Virus record (IMG/VR): IMGVR_UViG_3300035498_000877
Span: 128,001 to 192,000 of that record
From: a virus
Lineage: Duplodnaviria > Caudoviricetes
Reading direction: 5' to 3' (one strand)
DNA length: 64,000 bases
This document shows positions 10,096 to 21,266 of this stretch, in pieces. The notes under the pieces were generated by a model. That model saw only the letters and a program-made list of their open reading frames with translations, did no database searches and was not told the origin of the DNA. The position numbers and the translations under genes were made by a program. Every line of letters begins with the position of its first letter. Position 1 is the first letter of the stretch.

Positions 10096-10791
10096 TCAAT
10101 ACTCTTCTCCAAACACAGATGCAATAGTTTTTAGTATCGATGTAATTATAGCTGATAAGTTTATATCATAAGCTCCTTTATTTTTAAAACATTCCCATGT
10201 ATGATAATAAAATCCATTAGTATAAAACAAATCTAATATCTTAGAATATAGCTCATATATTTTTCCATCATAATATTTTACATGCATTTCTTTCATAAAC
10301 ATTTCATCAATATCTTTTGTATTCTCATAGAACTTATTATTCATATTATACTCATATGCCAATGTATTCATATTAGATATTTCAATATCCTTAAGTCTAT
10401 CTTTGGAAGTAATTATAATTATCCCCATGATAAGATCATGTAATGAAGTATCATTTTGAAAGAATTCTAATAACGCAAAATATATTTTGAGTCCTTGGTT
10501 CATGTCATAAGGATTATAGATGTTATGTAATATCTGAAGTTGTTTAACTGCTATATTATAATCTTCAAATCTGTATAACTCATAACAACTATTAGATTTC
10601 TCTACCATATAAATTACATATTCATATAGATTATCATTACTATTAGTTCTTGGATTTATGCCTAATACATATTTAGGCATTTTATCAGTGTGAGTAGGTG
10701 CAAGGATTAGATCATTTTTTAACCACGGGAGATCGATTAAAATTGTTCTAAAAGGTTCTTTAATGTTATAATCTGTAGATGCAGGTATCAT
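10096..10791 (-). CDS. Hypothetical protein
   Basis: 231-aa ORF with AAAGGAGG RBS. Confidence 0.7.
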   Translation of the reverse strand: MIPASTDYNIKEPFRTILIDLPWLKNDLILAPTHTDKMPKYVLGINPRTNSNDNLYEYVIYMVEKSNSCYELYRFEDYNIAVKQLQILHNIYNPYDMNQGLKIYFALLEFFQNDTSLHDLIMGIIIITSKDRLKDIEISNMNTLAYEYNMNNKFYENTKDIDEMFMKEMHVKYYDGKIYELYSKILDLFYTNGFYYHTWECFKNKGAYDINLSAIITSILKTIASVFGEEY

Positions 10792-10836
10792 AATTATACC
10801 CTCCTTTAAGTTTTTTATTTTTTGTTACCTATCTTA

Positions 10837-10875
10837 ATAATATATAATTTATTTCATTAGATAATTATATATTAT
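10837..10875. promoter_or_regulatory. Divergent pair of putative early promoters (ATATATTAT on each strand)
   Basis: Minus-strand motif 10837-10845 faces 10791; plus-strand motif 10867-10875 faces the gyrA-like gene. Confidence 0.5.
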
Positions 10876-10919
10876 AATAATGAAGCTTTAAAAATAAATA
10901 GGAAGGAAATATATTAGTT

Positions 10920-13274
10920 ATGAATGAAAAATTTGTGGAAAAATTTATTGATAGAAATATTGGTGAGTTAGCATTGGAGCAAGATTGTGTACATGGATAC
11001 AATGTAAATGCAGCTCGAATCACGCCCAACATTATCGATGGATTGAAACCAGTTCAAAGAAGAGCTATCTATATTATGTCTCTAAAAGACAAAGGAAAAT
11101 CATTTAGAAAACTTGCAAGTATTAGTGGTGATACATTTGGTAAGATTCATCCTCATGCTCCAACTTCTATAGATGATGCAGTTGTAAACATGGAGCAAGA
11201 GTGGAAAAATTCAATACCCCTAATAGATGGAGAAGGAAATTTCGGAGATATTAGTGGATCAGTAGCAGGTGCCAGCAGATATATAAAAGCTAGATTATCT
11301 GATTACTGTAGAGAGTGTTTCTTTTCTGATTGGGATAATGCAGCTGTTGATATGAAGCTAGGTGCTGATGAAGAAACAATGGAACCATTGTACCTGCCAG
11401 CAAAATATCCAAATATATTAGTAAATGGATGTCTTGGTATTGGATATGGAATGGCAGCAAATTTCCCATGTTTCAATTTTAAAGAAGTAATAGATGCATG
11501 TATACTATTACTGATAAATCCAAAAGCTAATGTTGTATTAATTCCAGATTCACCTACTGGATGTGATATTATTGAAACTAACTTTGCATCTATATGTGAA
11601 AGAGGGAATGGATCTTATACCATGAGATGTACATATGAGATTAATGATAAAAATAATATGATTAAAATTACATCATTGCCTTATATGGTATTCTCAAATG
11701 ATATAAGAAGAAAGATTGCTGAAGTTAAAGAAAAAGGTGGATTACAAGAGTTAATTAAAATGGATGATCTTTCAGGAAAGAAAACTGAAATTAATCTGTA
11801 CTTGAAGAATGATGTAAATCCATATAAGTTTATCAAGAAATTAATTAAGAATGTTTCCGGATTCGAAAATGGATATCCGGTAAATATTACTGTAGTTAAT
11901 AATCTTAGAAACTATGATTACTCAATTAAAGATGTATTACTTCAATGGATTGAATGGAGACGTGAACAAAAAAGAATTATATTCATTCATAAGAAATCAT
12001 CATTAATTGCAGAACAAAGAGCAAATGATGTAAAGTTATTTATTATGAATAAAAAGAATCTTCAGACTACTATTGAGATATTTAGATCTAGTAGAAATAG
12101 AGCTGAAATTGAATCTAGATTGATAGCTAAATATAAGGATTCTGAAATTCACATGGATTCACTACAAGCAAGAGCATTGTCAAATATGAGAATGATTGAA
12201 TTATCAATAGAGTCATATGAGGCATGCGTCAAACGTAGGGATGAAATTATTGAAGAACTAGATAAGCTTGAAAAGATATTAGCAACACCTAATGGCATTG
12301 ATAAAGAAATCATTGCTGAACTAAGAGATGGTGCCAAAAGATTTGGAGTTCCTAGAAGAAGTAATGTAATTCCTTATGAGATTAATACATCAAATGAAAT
12401 ATCTCAGACATGTATATTGCAGTTATCATCTGAAGGTAATATCTTTAGACGAGTAGCTACTAATGTTGATGAGGAACCAATACCTACTGACTCAAATGGA
12501 TTTGCAGCTAAGGTAGAAGATGATTCTTCATTTGTGCTAATAGATGAAAATGGATATCATGCATTTATCAAAGTTAAAGATATTCCATTAGATAGTGAAG
12601 TACCAGTTAATAGATATGCAAAACATAATACAACTGGTAATATAGTTGCACTATTGCCTATTAACTATGATGCAGATATCTGTTGTGTATTAATTTCTAA
12701 GAAAGGACAAATTAAGAAACTAAGAGTTTCTGATTTAACGACTACAAAGAAACCTTATATGGCATTAGATGAAGATGATAAGATTGTGAGAGGTATTATA
12801 GTTGGAACTAAATCATATAATGATATTCTGGTATATACTAAGAATGGACAGGGGCAAAGATTAGATCCTAATGGATTGAGAATTACTTCTCCATTAGCTA
12901 AGGGAGGAAATGGATTCAAATTAAATGCAGATGATGAAATTATAGGGTGTTACAAAATAAATCCAAAGGAAAATGCTTATCTGTGCTATGTTACAATGAA
13001 AGGAAAGTTCAGATTAAATGCTATTCAATATCTTCCAGTAAGAGATAGTAAACATGATTCTATGGTAAAGTTAATATCACTTAATGATCGTGATAAACTG
13101 ATATCTATTATTGGATGTAATAAACTAGATAAAGTACAAGTTTATTATGATGATATGAGTAGTGAAATCATAGAACTTGATAAACTTGAAGAATCCACAA
13201 TGGGTTCTGAACCTAAGAAAGTAACAAAGAAGAATGCTGTATCAAATAATATAATTAAGGCAAAATTGGTATAA
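10920..13274 (+). CDS. gyrA: Type IIA topoisomerase subunit A (GyrA/ParC) with C-terminal beta-pinwheel region
   Basis: DGLKPVQRR, IHPH, DGEGNFG, catalytic ASRY, P.ILVNG..GIG.GMA, PDSPTG, RFGVPRRS, then repeated C-terminal blades. Confidence 0.93.
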   Translation: MNEKFVEKFIDRNIGELALEQDCVHGYNVNAARITPNIIDGLKPVQRRAIYIMSLKDKGKSFRKLASISGDTFGKIHPHAPTSIDDAVVNMEQEWKNSIPLIDGEGNFGDISGSVAGASRYIKARLSDYCRECFFSDWDNAAVDMKLGADEETMEPLYLPAKYPNILVNGCLGIGYGMAANFPCFNFKEVIDACILLLINPKANVVLIPDSPTGCDIIETNFASICERGNGSYTMRCTYEINDKNNMIKITSLPYMVFSNDIRRKIAEVKEKGGLQELIKMDDLSGKKTEINLYLKNDVNPYKFIKKLIKNVSGFENGYPVNITVVNNLRNYDYSIKDVLLQWIEWRREQKRIIFIHKKSSLIAEQRANDVKLFIMNKKNLQTTIEIFRSSRNRAEIESRLIAKYKDSEIHMDSLQARALSNMRMIELSIESYEACVKRRDEIIEELDKLEKILATPNGIDKEIIAELRDGAKRFGVPRRSNVIPYEINTSNEISQTCILQLSSEGNIFRRVATNVDEEPIPTDSNGFAAKVEDDSSFVLIDENGYHAFIKVKDIPLDSEVPVNRYAKHNTTGNIVALLPINYDADICCVLISKKGQIKKLRVSDLTTTKKPYMALDEDDKIVRGIIVGTKSYNDILVYTKNGQGQRLDPNGLRITSPLAKGGNGFKLNADDEIIGCYKINPKENAYLCYVTMKGKFRLNAIQYLPVRDSKHDSMVKLISLNDRDKLISIIGCNKLDKVQVYYDDMSSEIIELDKLEESTMGSEPKKVTKKNAVSNNIIKAKLV

Positions 13275-13279
13275 CACAA

Positions 13280-13309
13280 AATGGAGATAGGCATCAACCT
13301 ATCTCCATT
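13280..13309 (+). terminator. Terminator hairpin after gyrA
   Basis: AATGGAGATAGG-CATCAA-CCTATCTCCATT. Confidence 0.7.
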
Positions 13310-13342
13310 ATATATCATTTAATAGAGGGAGGAAAAATTTTA

Positions 13343-13528
13343 ATGAAAGAATTATTCATATCGACAATACAAATATTACTATCAGTGGGGATTACAGCAT
13401 TCATACTATTATTCTGTGTTGTAATATCATGTTTTGTATTCAATAAATTTGTTGATGAAATTAGTGAATCCAATAAGGATAAAGAAAATAAAGGAGGCTA
13501 TGATAATGACGTTCGAGAAGATTTATGA
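13343..13528 (+). CDS. Small membrane protein
   Basis: GGAGG RBS; N-terminal hydrophobic helix; ATATATCAT motif upstream at 13310. Confidence 0.6.
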   Translation: MKELFISTIQILLSVGITAFILLFCVVISCFVFNKFVDEISESNKDKENKGGYDNDVREDL

Positions 13529-15623
13529 TGATCTTGTAAATAGAAATATAAGTCCACAAGATGCTCGTGATCTATTATCAACAAAAGAGAAGAGTAAACA
13601 GATTAATTCATTTCTTCATAGAGATTCTTATACTCAGGAACCTTTAAATACTAATGAATTGCAAGATCTAAATGCATTAGTAAATATCTTACAAACTATA
13701 TTCAATTCATCAGTACCTTCACCAGTTGCAGATACTGATTATGATATATTGGAAGAAATGTTAGTAAATATGGGTATACCAAGATTAACTGGATCTGTAG
13801 AATTAAATGATTCTAAGAAGATATCTCATAAGTTTACAAATCTTAGAGGTACTCTTGATAAAGTTTATTATTTGACAAATGATGAGCCTAGAACTAATAA
13901 GTCTCGAAAGACATTAGATGAATGGATTAAATCTACTGAGAGACTTTATTATGAGAAAACAGGAAGGAATATAAATCTTAATGAAACAAATGTTATTTTA
14001 CAGCCTAAGTTTGATGGTGTCTCTGCTATTGATGAAATTACTGACAATAATATGATATGGATCACTAGAGGTGATACTAGAAATAATAAAGCATCGGATG
14101 TATCGCATATACTAGGAAAGTTCAATGATCAATATAAAGACTATAATAACTGTGGTATCAAGTTTGAAGTAATGTGTTCTGAAGAGAATAAAGACAAAAT
14201 AAATTCTTTGATGAAAGTTAAATATTCAAACTCTAGACAGGTGGTAATATCTACTTTGAATTCAAATGAAGTTGATTTCAAAGTTGAATATCTAACTCCA
14301 ATTCCATTGAGAGAAATGTATGTTGGAGATATAGTTGAATCAGTATCACCATGGTTATTAGGATTACCAGAATGCAGATGCAAATTGAAAGATAGAGATC
14401 AGATCAGAAGATTTGCGTTCAGTCATCGATATGTAATAATAGATGGACAACGTTTCAGAACTGATGGATGTGTCATAACAATTGCAGATAAATCTATTGC
14501 TGAAGTATTAGGAAGAGATAATAATATCAATAACTTCGAAGTAGCATTTAAGTTCACGGAAGAAGCTGCATATACAAAGGTAAAAGATGTTGAATTCTAT
14601 GTATCTAACTTCTCTTATATAACACCAGTATTGGTAGTGAATGATGTTATCATGAAAGGAAATAATGTCAATAGAATTTCATTATCAAATAAGGAAAGGT
14701 TTGATGAGCTTGATCTTCACTATGGAGATATGGTAAAAGTATTATATGATATAATACCATATGCTGTAATTGATAATAACTGCAAGAGAGTTCCCAATGG
14801 TAGAAAGATTGAATTCATTGATCATTGTCCAATGTGTAGAGCTAAGTTGGATTTAAATCAAACTATTGTCAGATGTACAAATCCTGAGTGTCCATCAAGA
14901 ATAATTGGTAGAGTATTGAATTATTGTGAGACGTTAAGAATTCATAATATAGGATATTCAACACTTGAAACATTACATTCATACGGATTATTAGATGAAG
15001 GAATCAAGTCATTATATCGATTAAAGAAACATACTTCTGAAATAGAAAACCTAGAAGGATTTGGAAAAGCTAAAACTAGAAAAATTATATCAGAGATTGA
15101 ATCAAAGAGAACATTAAAAGATTATGAATTCTTTGGTGCAATTGGTATTGATCAATTATCAACTAAAACATTCCAGCTAGTATTTAAATCTATCAAATTA
15201 GTTGATATGATGAATATGATTAAGAGTAAGAATTCTAAATTGATATTAGCTAATTTAAAAGCAATCAATGGATTAGGACCAATCAAAGCACAAAAGTTTG
15301 TTGATTTTGTGTGTTCTGAGAGAGGAAAATCTGAATTAGGAAAACTATTAAAAGAAGTTAAATTAATTGAGACTTATGGTAATGAACAGTATATTGGAAG
15401 AGTAACATTTACTGGATGTAGATCAGATGATGAAACTGCTGGATATTTAATTAGCATAGGCTATGATCCATATGGTTCATTTTCTTCAGCTACTAAATAT
15501 GTAGTAAGACCCAATGATTCATTTACTTCATCTACTGTGGAGAAAGCATTAAAGAATAACATACCAATTATTAGCATCAATGAAAATAATATCATAGATC
15601 TACTAAGGTCTAATATTAAATAG
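13506..15623 (+). CDS. ligA: NAD-dependent DNA ligase
   Basis: QPKFDG adenylation motif, TRGD, RTDGCV, AFKF, OB domain, CPMC..CTNPEC zinc finger, HhH repeats, C-terminal BRCT (VTFTG). Start re-assigned to the ATG (13500 or 13506) after AAGGAGG. Confidence 0.93.
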   Translation: MTFEKIYDDLVNRNISPQDARDLLSTKEKSKQINSFLHRDSYTQEPLNTNELQDLNALVNILQTIFNSSVPSPVADTDYDILEEMLVNMGIPRLTGSVELNDSKKISHKFTNLRGTLDKVYYLTNDEPRTNKSRKTLDEWIKSTERLYYEKTGRNINLNETNVILQPKFDGVSAIDEITDNNMIWITRGDTRNNKASDVSHILGKFNDQYKDYNNCGIKFEVMCSEENKDKINSLMKVKYSNSRQVVISTLNSNEVDFKVEYLTPIPLREMYVGDIVESVSPWLLGLPECRCKLKDRDQIRRFAFSHRYVIIDGQRFRTDGCVITIADKSIAEVLGRDNNINNFEVAFKFTEEAAYTKVKDVEFYVSNFSYITPVLVVNDVIMKGNNVNRISLSNKERFDELDLHYGDMVKVLYDIIPYAVIDNNCKRVPNGRKIEFIDHCPMCRAKLDLNQTIVRCTNPECPSRIIGRVLNYCETLRIHNIGYSTLETLHSYGLLDEGIKSLYRLKKHTSEIENLEGFGKAKTRKIISEIESKRTLKDYEFFGAIGIDQLSTKTFQLVFKSIKLVDMMNMIKSKNSKLILANLKAINGLGPIKAQKFVDFVCSERGKSELGKLLKEVKLIETYGNEQYIGRVTFTGCRSDDETAGYLISIGYDPYGSFSSATKYVVRPNDSFTSSTVEKALKNNIPIISINENNIIDLLRSNIK

Positions 15624-15636
15624 CAGGAGGAAGTAT

Positions 15637-16170
15637 ATGGCAGGTTTGGTACATCCGAAAGATAGGATAAGATTATTAAATACAAAATATGCAACATGCG
15701 GAAGTCCTAGGGTTGGTAAATTCTTTGCTACTAATATACCCAATGATAGAGATTTAACATCAATAATTATTCAAGCAAATAATGGATGGACAGAATTAAT
15801 TGATTTTACTATGATAAAAGAATCAACTGAATTTACTCGAATAATAGCTGCAGATAAAGAGACATTGGTTTCCGATGATTATCCAATTCCAACATATAAT
15901 CTTAACAATAGTACGATTGGATTTCATGGAGAAGTATTATATGAGATAAATGTAAAGAAGGCATCTCAGATAACTAAAGATGATTTCCTGAGAGTATATA
16001 GAGGAAAAAGTAAAGAAGGTAAGATTGAATTTGCCCATCCAGATTTAATAGAACCTAGTGTAGAAACTTCACATGGATATATCATAAATACTAAATCTGG
16101 ATTTTTTAATCTAGATGGAATCATAGTGTGTACAAATGATTCAAAATATAATCATATATTATTAAATTGA
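15637..16170 (+). CDS. Hypothetical protein
   Basis: AGGAGG RBS; 177 aa. Confidence 0.7.
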   Translation: MAGLVHPKDRIRLLNTKYATCGSPRVGKFFATNIPNDRDLTSIIIQANNGWTELIDFTMIKESTEFTRIIAADKETLVSDDYPIPTYNLNNSTIGFHGEVLYEINVKKASQITKDDFLRVYRGKSKEGKIEFAHPDLIEPSVETSHGYIINTKSGFFNLDGIIVCTNDSKYNHILLN

Positions 16171-16238
16171 TAATTTAAATTCATTATAGTCCTAAACAAT
16201 TTAAATTAACAGATAACAAAAGTAGGAGGAATACCATA

Positions 16239-17249
16239 ATGGCAAAAAAGGTTAAGATCAAAATTCCCAAATCAGTTTTAGAATTAAGACTGAGTCCTAA
16301 GAAGTATGCTAAGAAACATGATATTAGGTTATCGGGAAAACACATGTCGAAAAAAGATAGGAAGCAGGCACAGAAACATTTGGAGAAAGAGTATGCAGAG
16401 TTTGCATCTTCTGGATTGAATAAGGCAGTAAGAATTCTTGCTGAAAATAATGTCGAGTCCAAAAAGATTATGAAAGTATCTGATGGAGTTGAAAATATTA
16501 TTTACAATCCAGATATAATGAAAAGGATTGCAAAGATATACAAGAAGCATCCCGAAGAGTATCCTAATATGATTTATTTGCCAAATATAATCATGAATAC
16601 ATTAGTATACTTGAAGTCGGATAATGCTACTGAGGAAGATAAGAAGATTGCAGAGATAATTGATCCAGAACAGTTAGTTTCATTCTGTGAAAAGATTCTT
16701 AAGAAGCAAATTAAGAGATATAAGAATCTTGGTCTATCTGATGAGAAAGCTTTCCAGTTGGCAACAGCTGTACCAACTACAAAACAGTTCAAAGTTAACA
16801 GAGGTTGGTATAGAAAGTTAATTGTATCAATGTATGATATGGCAAGTAATGAGGAAGTGGAAGTTGAACAAACAATCAAGTCAGTATTAAAGGTTGATAA
16901 GAAAAAGTATATCAAGAAGTCTGATTTCAAAGAGGGATTCTATTCAACATTCATTCTTCAGAAGAGCAGCAACAATGTTAAGAACTTTACAGATACTCAG
17001 AAAGAACTTCATGAGGAATTAATCGAGAAGACACTTCACTATCTTGATGATATTCCTAAAAAGAAGTGCAGAGAAATCTTAAAGAACTATATTAAGATCA
17101 GAAAGAAAGCTGAATCATTAAAGCAGGATAAGAAGCGTGTAATCAAATTCATTGATCATGCTAATTCAAATAGCCCATATATAAATATAAAGACTGTAGT
17201 TCAGGATCTAGTTGCAGCTGATCCAAATAATGAATTATACTTATCATAA
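16239..17249 (+). CDS. Lys-rich hypothetical protein
   Basis: AGGAGG RBS; 336 aa, strongly basic. Confidence 0.75.
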   Translation: MAKKVKIKIPKSVLELRLSPKKYAKKHDIRLSGKHMSKKDRKQAQKHLEKEYAEFASSGLNKAVRILAENNVESKKIMKVSDGVENIIYNPDIMKRIAKIYKKHPEEYPNMIYLPNIIMNTLVYLKSDNATEEDKKIAEIIDPEQLVSFCEKILKKQIKRYKNLGLSDEKAFQLATAVPTTKQFKVNRGWYRKLIVSMYDMASNEEVEVEQTIKSVLKVDKKKYIKKSDFKEGFYSTFILQKSSNNVKNFTDTQKELHEELIEKTLHYLDDIPKKKCREILKNYIKIRKKAESLKQDKKRVIKFIDHANSNSPYINIKTVVQDLVAADPNNELYLS

Positions 17250-17273
17250 AAAGTAATTGGAGGAAATAATGTC

Positions 17274-17783
17274 ATGGCAAAGAAAGTTAAAATTGCAAAA
17301 GGCACATTGTCTGTAATTGAGGCAACATCAGATGCATTGAAGCCTCGTAAAGATGGATCTTATAAGATCAAATTCAAAAAGAAGAAAGATAGAAGAAAGC
17401 TTAAAGAGAATTGTATTCATTGGGTAAAAAAGAAAAAAATAATTCCGCCAGTAACATCAAGTGATGCTAAACCAGGATATTGGAAATGCTTGGTATGCGG
17501 AGAACTTATTCCGATCAAGCCAAATGATGAACAAACCAATGCAAATATTAATCAGGCATTCAGAGAACAGCTTAACCAGATAATGTTATACTCTGTAAAA
17601 CTTGGTGGAGATGATGATTCTACAAAGTTACTTCTCACAATGAGAAAAGGACTTATTAAGTTTGAGAAATTACAGAAGAATGTTCTTAAGGCAATGAGAA
17701 AGAGAGAAGCAGCACAAAGTAAGGCTAAGACAAATGGTGCTGACTCATTTAATGTTTATCAGTCATACAATTATAGAAACTAA
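17274..17783 (+). CDS. Basic hypothetical protein with possible Zn-binding motif
   Basis: GGAGG RBS; C.HW...CLVCG; shares the MAKKVKI N-terminus with the upstream gene. Confidence 0.7.
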   Translation: MAKKVKIAKGTLSVIEATSDALKPRKDGSYKIKFKKKKDRRKLKENCIHWVKKKKIIPPVTSSDAKPGYWKCLVCGELIPIKPNDEQTNANINQAFREQLNQIMLYSVKLGGDDDSTKLLLTMRKGLIKFEKLQKNVLKAMRKREAAQSKAKTNGADSFNVYQSYNYRN

Positions 17784-17790
17784 AGTATAT

Positions 17791-17827
17791 AAAGAATTGG
17801 GGTTGTAAAAATCCCAATTCTTTTTTC
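17791..17827 (+). terminator. Rho-independent terminator
   Basis: AAAGAATTGGG...CCCAATTCTTTTTTT. Confidence 0.7.
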
Positions 17828-17843
17828 AGAAGGAGAATAAATA

Positions 17844-18503
17844 ATGGAAGAAAAAGAGATTATTAAAAAGATATTAAATGATGGCCGAGATTGGAAAGAT
17901 GTAAATGATGAATTACCTGAGTATGGAAAACGTGTAGTCATTCATTATACAAATGATGAATATACAGTTTATGAAACTGATACTCAGATATATAAAGCAG
18001 AAGCTATGGCAGTTGGTGTATTGGAGGAACATGATGGAGAATTCCATATTTGTCCACCATATATCAAATATGAGTATAGTCCTCTTACTAAGAGAAGTGA
18101 GCTAATCAATGGTACAAAAGTAACTCATTGGGCAGAGGCAACTGAAGAAGATCTTAAAGACTGGGATGATCAGTATATGCTCGATAATAAGTATGAACAA
18201 TTCGATTTCCAAGTCAGTGAAGATATGGAAGAGAATGTATACAAGACTATTATCAGAGCAAGATCAATAGTAAATGATATCATGGCAATTAAAGTGTCTA
18301 AAGATAAAAATGATATGATGTATAGATTAAATTCGGTAATAGATCATTATCTGGGTGTCGAGGATATGACAATAGAAACTTTGAAGGCAATGGCATCAAT
18401 TCTCGGAGATATGCAAGCAATGATCGACTATAGTGAACATATCAAAGATGGAAAATTAGTGGAGAATGTTAACTATGGTGAGCAGCAAACAGATTTATCT
18501 TAA
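17844..18503 (+). CDS. Hypothetical protein with DUF551-like N-terminal domain
   Basis: WKDVNDELPE....VVI and VTHW motifs; AAGGAG RBS. Confidence 0.6.
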   Translation: MEEKEIIKKILNDGRDWKDVNDELPEYGKRVVIHYTNDEYTVYETDTQIYKAEAMAVGVLEEHDGEFHICPPYIKYEYSPLTKRSELINGTKVTHWAEATEEDLKDWDDQYMLDNKYEQFDFQVSEDMEENVYKTIIRARSIVNDIMAIKVSKDKNDMMYRLNSVIDHYLGVEDMTIETLKAMASILGDMQAMIDYSEHIKDGKLVENVNYGEQQTDLS

Positions 18504-19122
18504 AGAGGATCTTCCTACTTGGGATGAAATTTATAATGAATTTTATCTCAAAAAATCAAGTATGTATAAACCAGGTATACAACAAAAGATGGATTTATAT
18601 TGGAAGATACCTAGAAAGCTATATGTATTATCAACAGTATGTAATCAGTTAAATAAAATGCTTTCTGATATAGATTACAATCAATATCTAAATCTAATAC
18701 GTGAATTATCTGATATAGTTAAAAGTGAATATACAATAACAGACATTCACTTTACATTAGTATATTCACGTTCAAAAAGTGATAGTATGTTATTATTTCC
18801 AATCAGTCAAATTAAAGTTGGAAAAGATGAAGTACCTGCTGTATTCACAATTGATATGCCTGATGGGAAAGAAAACATATTTGCACCAACAAGAAAATAT
18901 TTCCATGACAATGAGCGATTGATCAGTGTCAATAAATATATTAATCATGAATTGGAACTTGGGATATTAATAGGAATGGAACAATTTCAAAACTATTGGT
19001 GCATTAATAGTTCTACGGAAAAAGAAAAATTTTGGGATATAATAAGATTAATTCTTAGAGATGTAATTGTATATTTTTCGGGTGATAAACCAGGATGGAA
19101 GGATGAAAAGGAAGGGGCATGA
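18466..19122 (+). CDS. Hypothetical protein
   Basis: 218-aa ORF overlapping the upstream stop; ends in a terminator. Confidence 0.65.
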   Translation: MLTMVSSKQIYLKEDLPTWDEIYNEFYLKKSSMYKPGIQQKMDLYWKIPRKLYVLSTVCNQLNKMLSDIDYNQYLNLIRELSDIVKSEYTITDIHFTLVYSRSKSDSMLLFPISQIKVGKDEVPAVFTIDMPDGKENIFAPTRKYFHDNERLISVNKYINHELELGILIGMEQFQNYWCINSSTEKEKFWDIIRLILRDVIVYFSGDKPGWKDEKEGA

Positions 19123-19134
19123 ACCCCTTCCTTT
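19107..19134. terminator. Bidirectional terminator
   Basis: AAAGGAAGGGG-CATGAA-CCCCTTCCTTT between convergent genes. Confidence 0.75.
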
Positions 19135-19138
19135 ATTT

Positions 19139-21157
19139 TTACGGATTTAAATTCTTATCTTCATACTCTTTGAAATATGTTGTTGGATCTACAGATGAAT
19201 CGGTTACTTGTGCAACTGAATCATAGTAAATATTATTAGGTACTGGATTAACTTCAGATACTTTTGTATATCTTACCCAGATATCATATACTGCATCTTT
19301 CCTATCTCCGATAGACATTGATTCAAAATATAATCCATCTGCTTTCAATGTCACAGTAGCATATGTGTGTCCTGTAATATTTGATCCAGCTAATATACTC
19401 CACTCACTTGGATCTGATTGATACTCCCATGAACCACCAGCTTGGATAATACGGCATGTTGATGAATTAATCATATCAGATATTTTTTCTCTTGATTGAG
19501 AATTAGGTAAATAAGTAATGATACCATAGAATCTCATTATATAAGAATTATCCAATAATGAAGTTTCAAATCCTGGATCAAGTCTTTGTGGATGTATTGT
19601 GTAATCCATTATTGTATCATAATAAATATTACCACCAGGAGTATTTGGATCTGGCCAACCTCCTATAAGAGGTCTTAAATAATCAGCTAATTCTTGTAAT
19701 TTAATCTCATGACTCATTTGTCCAGTCTCATCTTCTGTATTACCAATTACAGTACCCCATTCACATTTTATTTTATCAGGAATAACTGCCTTATCCTGAA
19801 TATGCCTAGTCTCTATAGAATCTGATTTAATGTGATGAGACCATACAGAATTATCCCATATTTCATTTTCTGTAACATAATCAAGATATGCAAGAGTTTT
19901 TAATCCAGGAATTCGTATATCATCCGATATAGTTGTAAGATCATTATTGATATAATATTTAATAGAACCATTTACGGTTCCAGGAAGTATCTTAATTGCT
20001 GTAACATAATTAAAGCTAGCTAAATATTCTTTTGTGCAATATCCTTTAATCAGTTCATTAAATGCAGTATCTAATGATCCATTTGTATTTAATATATCTT
20101 TAACTATATTTACCATATTTAAACTCATACCATCAGTAGAGTCATTAAAGTATTTATTATCAAACTTTGAATATACTCCCATATTAGATATATCCCAAGA
20201 ATATGTTCCATCCTGATTCAATCTACAAATAGCTACTGCATTATATGAATCATGTGTCTTACGAACAAAATATGCTTTCCTATAATATTTAGCTGATGCT
20301 CTAGGAAGATCTACTAAATCTTCAACAACTTGGATATCGTCAATCCAATCTGATATATGCTGTGCAGTACTATCATATGATGTAATTCTATTCTCAACAT
20401 ATTCAACTACAGCTCTTGTAGATGGATAGTGTGAACTATCATTATTTTCAGAATCAGAAAATGCTGAAACTTTATTTGATAAATTTTCCTTTGTTTTAAA
20501 TATATCATAGTGAGCATTATTATCGTCCATATGATTATCCATTGTATCAAGAACCGAACTAACTCTATCATCAAGTGTATTATTAATCTCATCCACTAAA
20601 TCCCATAATTTAACAAGATTTCTACGTATATCTGTATGAGTAGTATCAGCTGTTGAATAATTATGTTTAGCTATTAAATCTGATATTGTATCTGATACGA
20701 CATTATTAATATCCAATTGATCTAATGTAACTGAATGTGGATTATTCGTATTATTGATATGATTATATAATTCTTCCAGATTTACTTTGAAATCATAATT
20801 ACTAATCATATTATTGACTGCTTGTTGTTGTGGACCAGATAATGGTTTATCAATATCAGCAGTATTATCAACTCTTCCAAGACCAACATCTTTAGCAGCT
20901 AATGTAACATCACCCTGTTGATTATTAACTGAAGTTACTGGGAATACAATTGTACTTTGTCCACCAGTTAGAATATCTATTTTCAAATCAGCAAGTATTT
21001 GACGAAGATTTTTATTAGTAGCAGTCTGATCATCAAATACTTGGTCTAATATCGTACTAGGATATATTTGATCAACTTTTGATGAACGTGGGTTATTCTC
21101 ATCTTCCAGAACAAATAAATCTCTCGGCAAATTATTCACAATTCTATTATTAGCCAT
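19139..21157 (-). CDS. Tail fibre-related virion protein
   Basis: PVTSVNNQQGDVTL, GLGRVDNTADIDKPLS, HINNTNNPHSVT and YPSTRAV fibre motifs; AGGAGG RBS. Confidence 0.75.
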   Translation of the reverse strand: MANNRIVNNLPRDLFVLEDENNPRSSKVDQIYPSTILDQVFDDQTATNKNLRQILADLKIDILTGGQSTIVFPVTSVNNQQGDVTLAAKDVGLGRVDNTADIDKPLSGPQQQAVNNMISNYDFKVNLEELYNHINNTNNPHSVTLDQLDINNVVSDTISDLIAKHNYSTADTTHTDIRRNLVKLWDLVDEINNTLDDRVSSVLDTMDNHMDDNNAHYDIFKTKENLSNKVSAFSDSENNDSSHYPSTRAVVEYVENRITSYDSTAQHISDWIDDIQVVEDLVDLPRASAKYYRKAYFVRKTHDSYNAVAICRLNQDGTYSWDISNMGVYSKFDNKYFNDSTDGMSLNMVNIVKDILNTNGSLDTAFNELIKGYCTKEYLASFNYVTAIKILPGTVNGSIKYYINNDLTTISDDIRIPGLKTLAYLDYVTENEIWDNSVWSHHIKSDSIETRHIQDKAVIPDKIKCEWGTVIGNTEDETGQMSHEIKLQELADYLRPLIGGWPDPNTPGGNIYYDTIMDYTIHPQRLDPGFETSLLDNSYIMRFYGIITYLPNSQSREKISDMINSSTCRIIQAGGSWEYQSDPSEWSILAGSNITGHTYATVTLKADGLYFESMSIGDRKDAVYDIWVRYTKVSEVNPVPNNIYYDSVAQVTDSSVDPTTYFKEYEDKNLNP

Positions 21158-21266
21158 AATTAACCTCCTATTTTATTTTTATTTCATTATTAATTTCGTT
21201 CTAATTCGAATATATATTCTCAATATGCAAATAAACAAATCTAAATAATAAAAATGAAAGGAGAAT

